A model generated the notes under the pieces. That model searched no databases, was not told the DNA's origin, and saw nothing but the letters and a program-made list of their open reading frames with translations. The position numbers and the translations under genes are program-made. From NCBI GenBank assembly GCA_051530055.1, contig CM121341.1:11634784-11698783 (forward strand): DNA of 64,000 bases, in the 5' to 3' direction. Shown here one piece after another: positions 50,083 through 61,270 of the stretch. Origin of the DNA: Neoechinorhynchus agilis. Its lineage: Eukaryota; Animalia; Acanthocephala. How positions within the stretch are numbered: position 1 is the stretch's first letter; each line of letters starts with the position of its first letter.

Positions 50083-50900
50083 CATCATATGTGAACGTGG
50101 GGAAAAAATTATATATCCAAGATGACTTTTATTGAAATATTTCGTCCAATCGCACTGGACTTCTTCAGTCAATTATCTAAAAAGGGAATTGGAAACATCA
50201 TTTTCTTGTCAGGAGGTATCCTCAACTTTAGGGAATAATCTGTCTTGCTTCCCTCGAAAGTATTGGCTCCCTGAATGTATATGGCCTCGATAATAACACG
50301 CTCAACCTTGTGGTCATTGCGTACCAACACATATGTGTCGTTTATATCGATCTTATGGCCCGTATTCAGAAAATGGGAAACCACAGCGGAGTTCGTGTTA
50401 TGTTTGTTCAGTGAATAGCGATGTTCCCTCATCCTCCCAAAGTTATTTGTCTGGCCAATATAGTAGCGATCACAATCCGAGCAAAGTATTCTATATTCTG
50501 CACCACTTGGGCCAAATCCAAGATAAAAACCAGTTCATGTTCGAGGTCAGTACTCGAGCTGCGATAAGCAAAAGCTCGTTGTACCAATGATCTAATCCTG
50601 GAGATCTTATATTCACGTGGTTGAGAGGAGATCCATGGTACCATGCCATGTGGAATATCAATTTTCCGATAAGCCTTAGTCCTATATCCATCTCAACCAA
50701 CACGCTCTATCGCAACATCAAGGTAACTGAATTTACCGTCAGTCTCGATATCCGTCGACCATTGAATGTGTGAATCTTTGATTCCAGGAATTGTGGGTAG
50801 GTACTTCTCTTCCCACTGCCGCATGTATAACTCAGCAAGTACCGGTGCAAGAGGGCTGCCCATCGCTACACCATTCACCTGATCAAAATCCCGTGCCGAC
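50083..50900 (-). mobile_element. 5'-truncated Penelope-like element nested in the CRE element
   Basis: NGVAMGSPLAPVLAELYM, FSYLDV, REHRY..SAVVSH..GH..ERVIIEAIYI; hammerhead directly after the stop codon. Confidence 0.9.
50131..50173 (-). ncRNA. Apparently intact minimal type-I hammerhead ribozyme (PLE 3' pLTR)
   Basis: ATTGA-CTGAAGA-A-GTCCA-GTGCGAT-TGGAC-GAA-ATAT-T-TCAAT: 5-bp stems I and II, complete core, palindromic stem III. Confidence 0.85.
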
Positions 50901-52413
50901 CTTCGGATCGTGCTTAGCGGTTAATAGAAGCAACAAAGGACATTAGAGCTCCCAACCTATCTCCTACAAAACATATCGCTTGCAATACAGAGAGGAAATG
51001 GCGCAAGCGTACTTGGGACCGTGGAGAAAGCAAAAATGAAATCTATGAACTCTTTAAGTTAACAGAGCCATTATTAATTAAAAATTAAAGCATTTTTTAA
51101 TTTTTCTAACACTTTTGCCGAAAAAAAACATAGTTTTAAATTTTTTAATGTTTAGACGAAACAATCCCACTTATTAAAATTATAAATGAAAAATTGTGAA
51201 GAGGTTTTAATTTGAATCATCGCGGACAGAAGACACTTTATGATTTCTCCAATTATTTTTTTAATAAATAATAAAATTGCTCGTCTTTCTGGGACGTATT
51301 TCAACGACTTTGACATGTATGCAAATTACAATTTAATATAATTCGGTTTTGCTTATCTCAGATGTCCCGAATTCCGAATTTTTGAAATAATTCATCTTTG
51401 TAAACGAGAATAAATTAGCAAAAATAGCCTTCGATTTATAACTAAAATGCATTAAAATTAACTTCAAAACATTTGGCAACCATTGGATTATTGATAAATT
51501 TTCGCAACGTCTAAGAGCTTACAATTTCCACTAATGTTATTATTTCACAGTTTGAGTTTTTCAGGCTTGGAATAACTCCGATTGTTTCCCATTTGAAGGA
51601 TAAATCCACCTCTTTTACGAAAAGAAAGATGCAAATGAAGAAATACTGAACCACCGAGAATCCGATTTTCTACCTTTCAACGTCTTATTTGATACTATTA
51701 TTGAAAATCACACATTCTTTGTACACTAAACGCGGGTTCCCTCCCAAAACAAGTGAAAAATAACGAGGGAATGCTGCCAGTGTGGGGAAAACAGCGGCTC
51801 CACCGAACATTATCTTCCAAAACTTGTGAATTTTAATAAATTTGCTGCCAGCGTGAGGAAAACTGCGGCAAAAAATTATTATTCAATCCCTACTCAAAAA
51901 CACCATAAATCGGCCCGTTAACTGCCAATCACTCATCCCAACACAAATTTTCGATTCGCTGCCGGACTTTTCTCTTTGAGATGACCAATCCTTTGAAATC
52001 GACAACTTGTAACGATTCGTCCCTTAATTTATCATCCACGGCGACCAAAGCAACATCAATCTCCCTCATTTCCACCCGCAATGCGCCTAAATCCAAAATT
52101 TCATTCTCGTCGTAATCTGCTCCAACACTCGAAGCCTCATCCCTAAACTAGATGAAATATCATTCATTTCATCTACTTCAGAAGCACAAGGGGCGCAATG
52201 TTCGATCTGTTGGACTGCTCTCAGGTTTCGAAATCCCCTTTGTTGTAAAATCATAGCGGGCGTTTAAAGCTAAACAGTAAATAAGTACACTGCAAATATC
52301 TGCGAAACTTAACTGGTTCCTGCAAGATTTTCAAATGTGATGCTTTTAATCAAAAAATCTTAATAAATCGGAAAATCAGAGATAAATTCCTACCGGATCG
52401 CTGTTTAGCGTTC

Positions 52414-53215
52414 CGAACTCACATACCAGACGAACTCACATATCAGACGAACTCACATATTTAAAAACTTACAAACGAAAAACTTACGAAACAATTCCGC
52501 TCCACAACAGCCACCAAATCGTTCGTATCGGTCAACTCCTTGTCCCTCAAGATCAACGTCGTCACACGATCAACGTCGTCACACGATCTAACGTCGTAAA
52601 CACTTGCAAACAATGCCGAGGCCAAAGCGCCCAACCACCAAGCTCGTTCCCTGCGACATGAACGATTGCCCTGTTACAACTCAAATATACGTCTCAGCTA
52701 CTTGGGCAGCAGGCCGGAAATTTATTTGCAGTTTCTGTGCAGCCGCCTTGCTCAAACCTTGTTCTCCGGTTCCCCCCCTTCCCAATAAGTACTCAAACCC
52801 TAACCGCTCACAATCTCCCAAACCCCAACCCCTTCCATCTTCAGTTTCCCCACCCCAAACCTCCTCTCCTTTTTCGCTTCACTCTCCAAATCCTTTCCAT
52901 CCACCCTTTTCGGTCTCCGCCTTCCAAGACTCCTCTCCACACTCTAATTCGACTTTTCATCAACAATCTTCTCCACTCCTTAATTCCGTTCCTATCATCT
53001 CTCATATCCCTTTTCCCTCGTCCCTGTACTCTAAGTCTCACTCTGCTCCACCATTAAAACCGAACCCCCTTCCTCCTCAGCCTCATCTAAATCCTCCACC
53101 TCCTCTCTAGCACCCCGTACTGCTAGAAAAAACCATAAACCCCTCCCATCCTTCTACGATTACGTTTCAACGTTAGCAACATCAAAACCTACCACCTTCT
53201 CTCCTGTACCACCAA
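52414..53215 (+). mobile_element. L2/CR1-like LINE 5' part: two 17-bp x3 tandem repeats, Cys-rich and Pro-rich ORF1-like frame (52613-53110), possible start of endonuclease
   Basis: Repeats gaactcacata.cagac (52414-52461) and gatcaacgtcgtcacac (52551-52603); CDMNDC..W..FICSFC; FNVSNIK near 53165. Confidence 0.55.
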
Positions 53216-53546
53216 TCATAATTTTTTATGTATTTAAATATTATTTGAACTTTAACAATTTTATCATTTTCAGCCTTTCAAATGTCGGAACTCTCTTCAC
53301 AAAGCTCCGAGCCGAATCAATGATTCCATTTTTAACTATAATTTATCTACGCTTTGGATTGACGGTCTCACATTATGCTTTTCCGAGCCGAAAAATCTTA
53401 TCCTGGATTATTAATTGCCACTTAATTTGTCGAGTTCGAGGTAAAAAATAGGCGCTTTTTCCGCGCATCGATGAAAAGAGCGATGTAATGCTCGTACACT
53501 CATTCTGCAAATAACTCACACCTATTTTACTCTTTCAAATGTATAT

Positions 53547-55517
53547 ATGTACATTAGTTGTCTCGATTTTTTGTCGTTTGTAACCGCAATGTTTTCAGTG
53601 TTTCATTTAAATATTCTATTGTTAGCAATTCAACTAAGTTTTATTTCAGTGGAAAAGCAGGGAAGAGAACTGAAGTGCGAGTTAAAAAAGTGTCAAACGA
53701 TCTTCGGCTTTCGAATACGATGTTACCAAAATGATGCTGTTGGGAGAATGAAATCGATTACTAATTTATTAGGATCTGTTCAACGGAAGCATGAAAATTT
53801 TCAATTTTATAATGTCGATCTCAAAGATATTCCTGAAAATTTTTCTTCATTATTTCCCAATGCAGTTAAAGTAACTGTCTCTCATGATTCGGAAAAATCA
53901 TACACTTCGTCAGTACTGAGCAATTCTTTACTTCATAAACTCAGAGGTGTAAAACAGTTGGATATTGAGAGAGCTGGAATTGTTAAGATTCAAGAAGATG
54001 CTTTTCAGGAATTCATGAGAATTCGTCGACTAAGTTTGAGTTTCAACAACATATCAGTAATTCCTGTTCATTTCCCACAGCAATTACCATTGTTGAATAT
54101 ACTTCGTTTATCGAACAATATGCTCACAAGTGAAAGTATAAACGTTATTAGCCAACTAAGATATCTGAAACTATTGGATTTAAGAAATAATTTGATTGAA
54201 CATTTGTCCGCGCAGGACTGCAGCTCTTTTTACAATCTTGAGGAATTGTACATAGTTGGTAATCCAATAAAATCCGTAGACAAAATGGAATGGTTTAAAA
54301 ATCTTCGTTATCTCCATATTAGCTATCTCGCAAATGTAACTGATTTATTACGCCGTAAAGAGCAATATTCCAGGTTATATGAATTTATTGTCACCAATGG
54401 ACCGGCCAAAGTGTTTGACACTAATTTGTTAGCTGCAGCACCTCGACTTGAAAATCTTGAGATAACGAGAAATCAATTGAATTTGATTCCACTTGGAAAC
54501 TTACAAACAAAGGAAAATATAAAGGAATTATCATTAGCGTATAATCAAATAAAATTCATATACGAAAATGATTTAAATGACTGGACAAGTCTTACAATAC
54601 TACGTCTTCAAGATAATAAAATTATAGGTTTCCACAAAAACGCTTTTTCGAAGTTAACAAGCTTAAGAGATATATTTCTTGATCATAATCTAGTGAAAAC
54701 GATTAGCTCGGACAGTTTTAGGAATAATCGCCTATTGGAAATCTTCTCGATTAGTTGCAACGAGCTAAATTATGTCCATCGCAACCTTTTTCGGAATACA
54801 AAGAAAATTAGATATATCGACGCGTCTGGAAATCGAATTCGAGATTTGATTGCAGGAAATTCTCCCATGTATTCCATTCCATCGGTCATTTTGCGAGGAA
54901 ATAACATATCAACAGTAACCTTCAACAGGACAAACACTTACTTGAATCTCGCGTACTTCGGTCTTCGCTCGGAATTCGTACCGCAGTCCATTTTAACCGC
55001 CTTGAAGATCTATGGTCCAAAAGCTACGCAGGTTATCTCGCTAAGACACCAAAATCTGATAACGGTGAGAGAAATCAATGTGTGGCTACCAAGCAATACT
55101 TTAACTTCTCTCGACTTGAGCAATAATCAAATAACAATGCTTGAACCTTCAGATTTTTCACGTTTATCCAATCTTAAATATTTGAGTCTCCAATCAAATA
55201 TAATCAGCAAAATTAAGTCAAAAGCATTTGAAGCTGCTAGCTTTTTGGAAGCTATCGATCTCAGCCACAACAAGCTCAGTACATTTCCTGTTGATGCGTT
55301 CGAGGGATTGGGAAATCTCCTATTTTTTAACCTGGCTGATAACAAACTTAGGAGTATACCGGGAAGTCTTTATGATATCAAAATGCTAAATCTTGTTTTC
55401 TTGAATGTTTCGAACAATATGGTTAAACACTTTAATATCGATCGCTTCGCAATGATGAGATCGCTGGGACAGATAGTCGTCAATGGAATGAAAATTGAAG
55501 CAATTTATTACTACTAA
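53547..55517 (+). CDS. Intronless secreted leucine-rich-repeat protein (656 aa; 642 aa if M15 at 53589 is the start)
   Basis: Signal-like MFSVFHLNILLLAIQLSFIS; many LxxLxLxxNxI repeats (LSLSFNNI, LDLRNNLI, LSLAYNQI, LDLSNNQI, IDLSHNKL); no TM, TIR or LRRCT seen. Confidence 0.92.
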   Translation: MYISCLDFLSFVTAMFSVFHLNILLLAIQLSFISVEKQGRELKCELKKCQTIFGFRIRCYQNDAVGRMKSITNLLGSVQRKHENFQFYNVDLKDIPENFSSLFPNAVKVTVSHDSEKSYTSSVLSNSLLHKLRGVKQLDIERAGIVKIQEDAFQEFMRIRRLSLSFNNISVIPVHFPQQLPLLNILRLSNNMLTSESINVISQLRYLKLLDLRNNLIEHLSAQDCSSFYNLEELYIVGNPIKSVDKMEWFKNLRYLHISYLANVTDLLRRKEQYSRLYEFIVTNGPAKVFDTNLLAAAPRLENLEITRNQLNLIPLGNLQTKENIKELSLAYNQIKFIYENDLNDWTSLTILRLQDNKIIGFHKNAFSKLTSLRDIFLDHNLVKTISSDSFRNNRLLEIFSISCNELNYVHRNLFRNTKKIRYIDASGNRIRDLIAGNSPMYSIPSVILRGNNISTVTFNRTNTYLNLAYFGLRSEFVPQSILTALKIYGPKATQVISLRHQNLITVREINVWLPSNTLTSLDLSNNQITMLEPSDFSRLSNLKYLSLQSNIISKIKSKAFEAASFLEAIDLSHNKLSTFPVDAFEGLGNLLFFNLADNKLRSIPGSLYDIKMLNLVFLNVSNNMVKHFNIDRFAMMRSLGQIVVNGMKIEAIYYY

Positions 55518-55869
55518 ATTTTAAGGTCCTATTATTAAAACGTTTTATCGTTGGATTCGTTTAATGGTAAGAGCAACCAACATATAAAAATTAAAAGGTT
55601 AACAATTTACTCACCCAAGAAAATTCACTTGAATATCCGACCGTGGCCCACCATGAAGTCAAGCATCTAAGGCACATAGAAATAAATCTTGTGGCGCGCA
55701 AAACATCGGGGTCGTGCGGTAATGTTTAAGAAAATTAAATATAATTCACGAACCGTAAAAGCTACCTCGAAAAGAAGAGCATAATTGGAATGAGCGGATC
55801 AAGTTGGACTTGACGGACAATACTTCAAGATGAGAACATTCAATTGGTTGAAGAAGTGCTGCACAGGTT

Positions 55870-56275
55870 TCATCAATAAAACCCTGCTCTTCATCTCTCA
55901 TAGGCTCTCTGCAAAACGCCGATCAAGATTTCATCGCCGTCAATTTCTCAGCTCCTCTAAGAAATGATATTGGAGAAGTCACAATTGCTGGCGTCTACCG
56001 CCCTCCTACCTCTCGTCCTAAGTCTCCATTATGCCAACTTGTTTCCATGATGGAGCTCGTAAACTCCACAAATTCACACCATTTCTTAATTGCAGGGGAC
56101 TTCAATAATCTATTTCCCCTCTACCCTTCTCCGCCTTACGTAAACTTATTGACTTCCCAAATCGTCTTGACGCTCACCTCGACAAAGCGTTCACAAATAT
56201 TGATGCCTACTCATTCGCCTCTAAACTACCTCCCCCCAAAAAACTGACCAATCTTCTGCCCTTTTCACTCCACCT
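55870..56275 (+). mobile_element. APE endonuclease fragment of an L2/CR1-like LINE
   Basis: IAGVYRPP, LIAGDFNN, LDKAFTN. Confidence 0.8.
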
Positions 56276-56279
56276 ACCC

Positions 56280-57445
56280 CATGGAAAAGTATGAACAGTG
56301 CAAATTCTTCACGGCCGACGTAACGTCCTTATTTACCAACATTCCACTCCAAGAGACAATTTCCATAGCAGCTTAACTTCTACACAATCAATGCGAAGAA
56401 CCGCGCCTTGATCATAAAACGTGGATAACTCTACTGCAGTGGTGCACATGCAAGACCGTTTTTGAATTCGATCAAGTTTTCTATGAACAACGCGACGGAG
56501 TTGCAATGGGTTCACCTCTGGTACCCACTCTAGCTGATCTCTACATGAGAAGATGGGAAAACAACTTCTTGAAGAAGCAACCCAACATCAAAAAGTGACT
56601 CACTGATGATGAAACGAGCATGGGAGACCTAAGCATTCCACTCAACATGGAGGATCCAAACATCCAGTGGTCAATGACTCAGGAAGATGAAGAGGGGGCT
56701 ATCTCCTTTTTGGACGTAAAGATAAAACGATGATAAGGGCAACATCAAAAAACAGCTCTACCGCAAACCAGGTATAGCATGGGGTCCACCTCACTGGTCG
56801 AGCCACCAACCGGAGGGCCAGGATGATTTCTTCAGAAAGCAGGGATTGGGAAGAACAAAAACAAAGTATCACCAAAGTTCTCAGATCACGAGGCTTCCCT
56901 GAATATGCCATCAAAATCAGTCTGAAAAAGGCAACACATAGCGGCCATCGCAAGAAGAAGGATACCGCAAGCATTTCGCTCAAATACACTGGCTTTAACC
57001 ACATAAGTGACAACGCGACCGAAAAACTGAGGCGCCTCAACTACCTCGCTCCAAATCTTTTGATCTACAACAAACGGGCGCATCCATTGCGGGCAATCTC
57101 AAGAGGAAAACCAAGCAAGAGACAAAATCAGGGATATACAAAATCTCATGTGCAGAATGCCCAAAGGTCTACATTGGACAAACCATGCAAGGGATCAGGA
57201 AACGGATTTCGCAGCATAAACAAGCTTGCAGGACATTCGACAAATCCTCAGCAATCTCGAACCACCAGCAAACAATCCAGCACAAGGTGGATTTTGAAAA
57301 GGCGAGATTCATAACCAGCGAACCGGATCTTAGAAGAAGACTGATTCTTGAGGCCATTCACATCCGGGGAAATCCGACGATGGGAGGCAATAAATCAAAC
57401 CACACGCTGGTGCTACCCAAGTTGCGTAGCATGACGGGCAAATAA
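56280..57445 (+). mobile_element. Penelope-like element (RT core to GIY-YIG), decayed
   Basis: ADVTSLFTNIP, GVAMGSPL, ISFLDVKI, GIYKISCAECPKVYIGQT..RISQHK, RRLILEAIHI. Confidence 0.92.
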
Positions 57446-57779
57446 ATCGGCAACAAACCGCAAGAGGTGTGTACGGATGCAACTCCCCACACTTCGAGTA
57501 TTAGTAAACCTGCGGATCTGAGCTACATCCAGACGTGACCGGCTGTGCATGCTGTCTATGTCCTCCATTTTAGATAGACTGAAGAGGCAAGGAAAACCTT
57601 GCGAAATATTTCTAAAATAAATGAGTAACGAAAACACCGGGGAAAGGATTCGCCAACGCATTTAATTTTATGGATAGCCGCTTCCGCATATAATTGTGAT
57701 TTTGTCGTCAATGGCCCAAATATTGATCCTCCTCTAAGGATTCGCTTCGGAACAATTGCGAAATCGTCATTCAACTTCT

Positions 57780-59270
57780 GGATTGACGAATGCGCGCACT
57801 CAATAAAAAGCAATCGAAGAATAATGAGAGGCTGCGTAACCGCGCTCTATATTTCAATCATAGTGCGCGTTTCGCAAACGAAATTTTTAAAGATGCGAAA
57901 TCATCAAGGCCGAATATTCATCTGCCGACAGCAAGAAAGCATTACGGCGACCTCTCCGAAGGCAACAACCAACCGGATTTCACAGAGGAAAACTTACCCG
58001 AAGATTCAATTACACTACATAATCTGTCAGTTATAACAAAAGAAGAAATTGGAAATGCAATCCGCGGAACAAAACCTAGAAGTGCACATGGACCCGACAA
58101 AATATCACTCAGAAACATCAAGGCATTCGATAGGCACCTCGCTGGTTTGACGATACTCTCTAATTCAATAATGGAAACAGGGCATCCTCTGAATTAATGG
58201 TTAGATAGCAAAACCATTTTATTGCCAAAGAACGGAGCGCGTTCACACATCTCTTCTGACCTGAAAGCATGGCTACCAATCACCATTTCATCGATTCTTT
58301 TACGAATCTTGCATGGATAGCTCTTGGGGAGGATCAGAACTCTCCTTATCGACACTCGAGGAAGTCGAGCAAATGTGGAGGACAACATTAAAGAAGCTCT
58401 CCTTCTTACTCCACTACCTCAACGACGGAGCAATATTCCTCCCACTGAGCAAAGGTAGATTGGGTTTTACATCCATACAGCAATCCGTTATGGTCGTACG
58501 CCTAAAGGCTTGCCTCAATGCAAAAGAACGCTGCCCGAGCCTTGAAACACCAAACGCCTACAACAATACAGTACAAAAAAATTTTCGGGTCTCGGAGCTA
58601 CCGAGTATATATTAGCGTCATCGCAAGTAAAAAATCTTAGCACGGAGTCTAATGTGAGGAAATGGATGTAATCTAAGACCCAATAGCAAGGTATCAAAGC
58701 ATTCACAAGCTTCAACTTCGTAGGCAAGACAATCACAAGCATTCCTCCGAATTGATAAAAGTGCGATTTCAACTTCTCGAATTCGGCTCTCATCTAACGA
58801 CAATTGAGCACAACAGAACAAGAAAATGTCACCAGTGCACTATCCGAGACGCAGAACCAAAAACTACATCCACGATCCTAAACTGCAGCTCTATAAACCA
58901 GATGCCAAGAGGCGTACACGCAAGAGCAGAGGAAATTATGAGTGCAGAGAAGAAGTACCGAGTAATATCAGAAGACGTACCATGAATGCTCGGGTTCTGT
59001 AATCGCCGCATCTATACAATGGGCTTTGCTGTCGGCTCAAGAGGAACCTATTCAATGGAATTAATCACGCGGCTCAAAAATTTTTATTTGTCAATTAACA
59101 CCGCATTGAATATAGCAACAATTGCAGTAAAGATTACCTTTCATGTCTTTATGAATAGAGAAAGGACTCGGTAACAATTCAACGGTACTCGAACAAAAAA
59201 GAAAACAAAACAATGGAACTTATCCAAAAGAAGAAAATGACACTGAGTGAAAAACTCTAAACTATGTAAG
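57780..59270 (+). mobile_element. R2-like RLE retrotransposon remnant with internal deletions
   Basis: SAHGPDKIS, KTILLPK, WLPITISSILLRILH, FLPLSKGRLGF, CHQC..ILNC, GFAVGSRG; lacks the RT palm (no YADD) and the PD..D nuclease core; abuts 28S sequence near the R2 target. Confidence 0.8.
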
Positions 59271-60335
59271 AATTTCCACCTCATCTAACTAGTGACGTTC
59301 ATGAATGGATTATTGAGAATCCTACTGTCCCTGCCTGCAGCCTAGCGAAATCAAAGCCAAGGGAACGGGCTTGGAGAGTAACAGCGGCGAAAAAAGATAT
59401 TGTTGAGCTTGACTCTAGTCAGTCTCTGTGAAATAACATGATAGGCGTAGAATAGATGGGGGCCCGCCGCGGTGAAATACCACTACCATCATTGTTTCTT
59501 ATTTACTCAGTGATTCAGTTAGCGTTAATTCGCTAATTGCGATATCTATTCCTTTCTTAAGTGTCGAAGAGTGTCTGGTCTGAGAACACAGACTGATTGG
59601 GAGTTTGGAATTATTGTTTAGGTCTTCACCCGGTAAGTTATTGTTTTGCTAAGGACGTTTCGAACCTCGTGGGTTCATCATCTGTTTGTTAGCTAGTAAT
59701 AAACGATGAACCCGACGAGGGTTTGCTAGTTAGTAATAGACGATGAACCTAATGAGGGTTTGTTAGTTAGTAATAGACCATGAACCCGACGAGGTTAATA
59801 ACACGTTTTTTTAATTAACAAAGAGATGGACAAATGTATCTTTGGGTCCTCTAACTTTGGGTCAACGTCTTTAATAAAAAATCATTTACCAGGTGAAGAC
59901 CTAAAGAGTAATTCCTATCATATACCCCGGTACCTCACATATCGACTATTGGGAGTTTGATTAGGGCGGTACATCTGTTAAAACCTAACGCAGTCAGAAA
60001 AATTATCACGGGGATAACTGGGTTGTGGCGGCCAAGCGTCCACAGCGACGTCGCTTTTTGATCCTTCGATGTCGGCTTTTCCTATCATTGGGATGCAAAA
60101 AGTCCCATAGCGTTGGATTGTTCACCCATTAATAGGGAACGTGAGCTGGGTTTAGACCGCCGCGAAACAGGTTAGTTATACCCTACTGTTGAGCTGGTTG
60201 TTGTAATAGCAATCTTGCTAATTAAGAAAAGAACCGCAGGTTTGGACATTAAGTACACGCACTCGGTCGAGAGGCCGATGTTGCGAAGCTTCGTCAGCAG
60301 GATTACGACTGAACACCTCTAAGTCGGAAGTCTAC
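59271..60335 (+). pseudogene. 28S rRNA (pseudo): 28S rRNA pseudogene fragment starting near the R2 target site
   Basis: tcatctaactagtgacg, ctagcgaaa..gccaagggaacgggcttgg, gtgaaataccactac, gggagtttg, gatccttcgatgtcggct, ggattgttcaccca..gtgagctgggtttagacc; contains a 340-bp insertion and an internal deletion at gcag|tcagaa (~59995). Confidence 0.93.
59608..59947. mobile_element. Hammerhead-family insertion inside the 28S fragment
   Basis: Exact 12-bp TSD ATTGGGAGTTTG (59596-59607, 59948-59959); inverted arm with hammerhead-like core (59654-59684, minus strand); three 37-bp subrepeats; forward arm plus 33-nt tail ending cacatatcgact. Confidence 0.9.
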
Positions 60336-61219
60336 TTAGGAGCAACAACACCAATGCGCACTAGGCGGCCTGAACTTGTTACAAATGTGATAGTGAGCGA
60401 CGTTTTCTACGCGGAAATTACGTTTCTTCTCAATGATTTATCCGCCAGCGGCGAATTTATCATCTGCGCTCAGTGTCTACTTATGAAATGAATTGACCTG
60501 CGTAGTTGGTAGCCGTGTTCAATACCTCGCTGTACTTGTGCGTTAGCATATGATGTGTGCTATGATGTGCCGGTATAAAATTAAGTCTCATGACGTATGC
60601 AAAGTTGGGCAAAATGTGTGTTTTCGACAAATTTTTGCGAGCCCCCTGATAAGGGCTAGGCACAACACCTAAGCTATAACGCGAAGAAGTGCATCTTGAT
60701 TACGCCATGCAAAGCTCTCTGAGCTGGCAGAGAAGATTGCGGTAGTGGTTGTTGATTAAGACGTTCGATGTTAAAACTCATTGAACTATGAGAAGAGTTG
60801 GGTATAGACTGAACGGCCGTGCTGTTGGGCGATACAAAAGTATCAGGTAAAAAATGTAGTAAAGATAGGCGGATTGAATAAGCGGCAAATACCAATCAAT
60901 TCACTGATATTATATCAGTGATTGAGCTAAGTGAATGCTGGGCAAAATTGTTACTTGGCGCTTACGGTTTACTAAAAATTAACGTAGTTAATGTTGAACA
61001 CCATCCGAGTGGATGGTTGAGCAGTTAATATTGGCGGCAAATGCCAATTGATGACGTAATGTGCCTTGCACTGTAATGTTGGTAATGCTGAGATGATAAA
61101 ATTATCTGACCTACGGGTCAGTTAGAACAGTGGGCGACTCATATAAAAGGCGTAAACGGATTTTGATTATTTTTCTTAGTAGAAGTTGAGGCGATTGTTT
61201 TGCGGACGTTATATCACCT

Positions 61220-61270
61220 ACCTAAACAATAATTCTAATCAAATTCCCCGGTACCTTACATATCGACATT
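61220..61270 (+). mobile_element. 51-bp 5'-truncated hammerhead-family insertion
   Basis: acctaaacaataattc..ccccggtaccttacatatcgacatt between exact 12-bp repeats GTTATATCACCT (61208-61219, 61271-61282). Confidence 0.85.

Larger units (their letters stand above)
47785..51060 (+). mobile_element. Near-full-length decayed CRE-like element (47785-~50082 and ~50905-51060), interrupted by a PLE
   Basis: CPFC..LHVHGP N-terminal Zn finger; GLDG, GGIRPIAIG..RRL, KCDFANAFN, GFQQGDPLGP, WYMDD, GGIGIP, WLTALP; YLLQNISLAIQRGNGASVLGT after the insert. Confidence 0.9.

Noticed and set aside
57446-57780. HDV-like ribozyme or 28S 5' flank expected upstream of R2
   Set aside because: No upstream 28S sequence or convincing nested double pseudoknot could be seen by eye.
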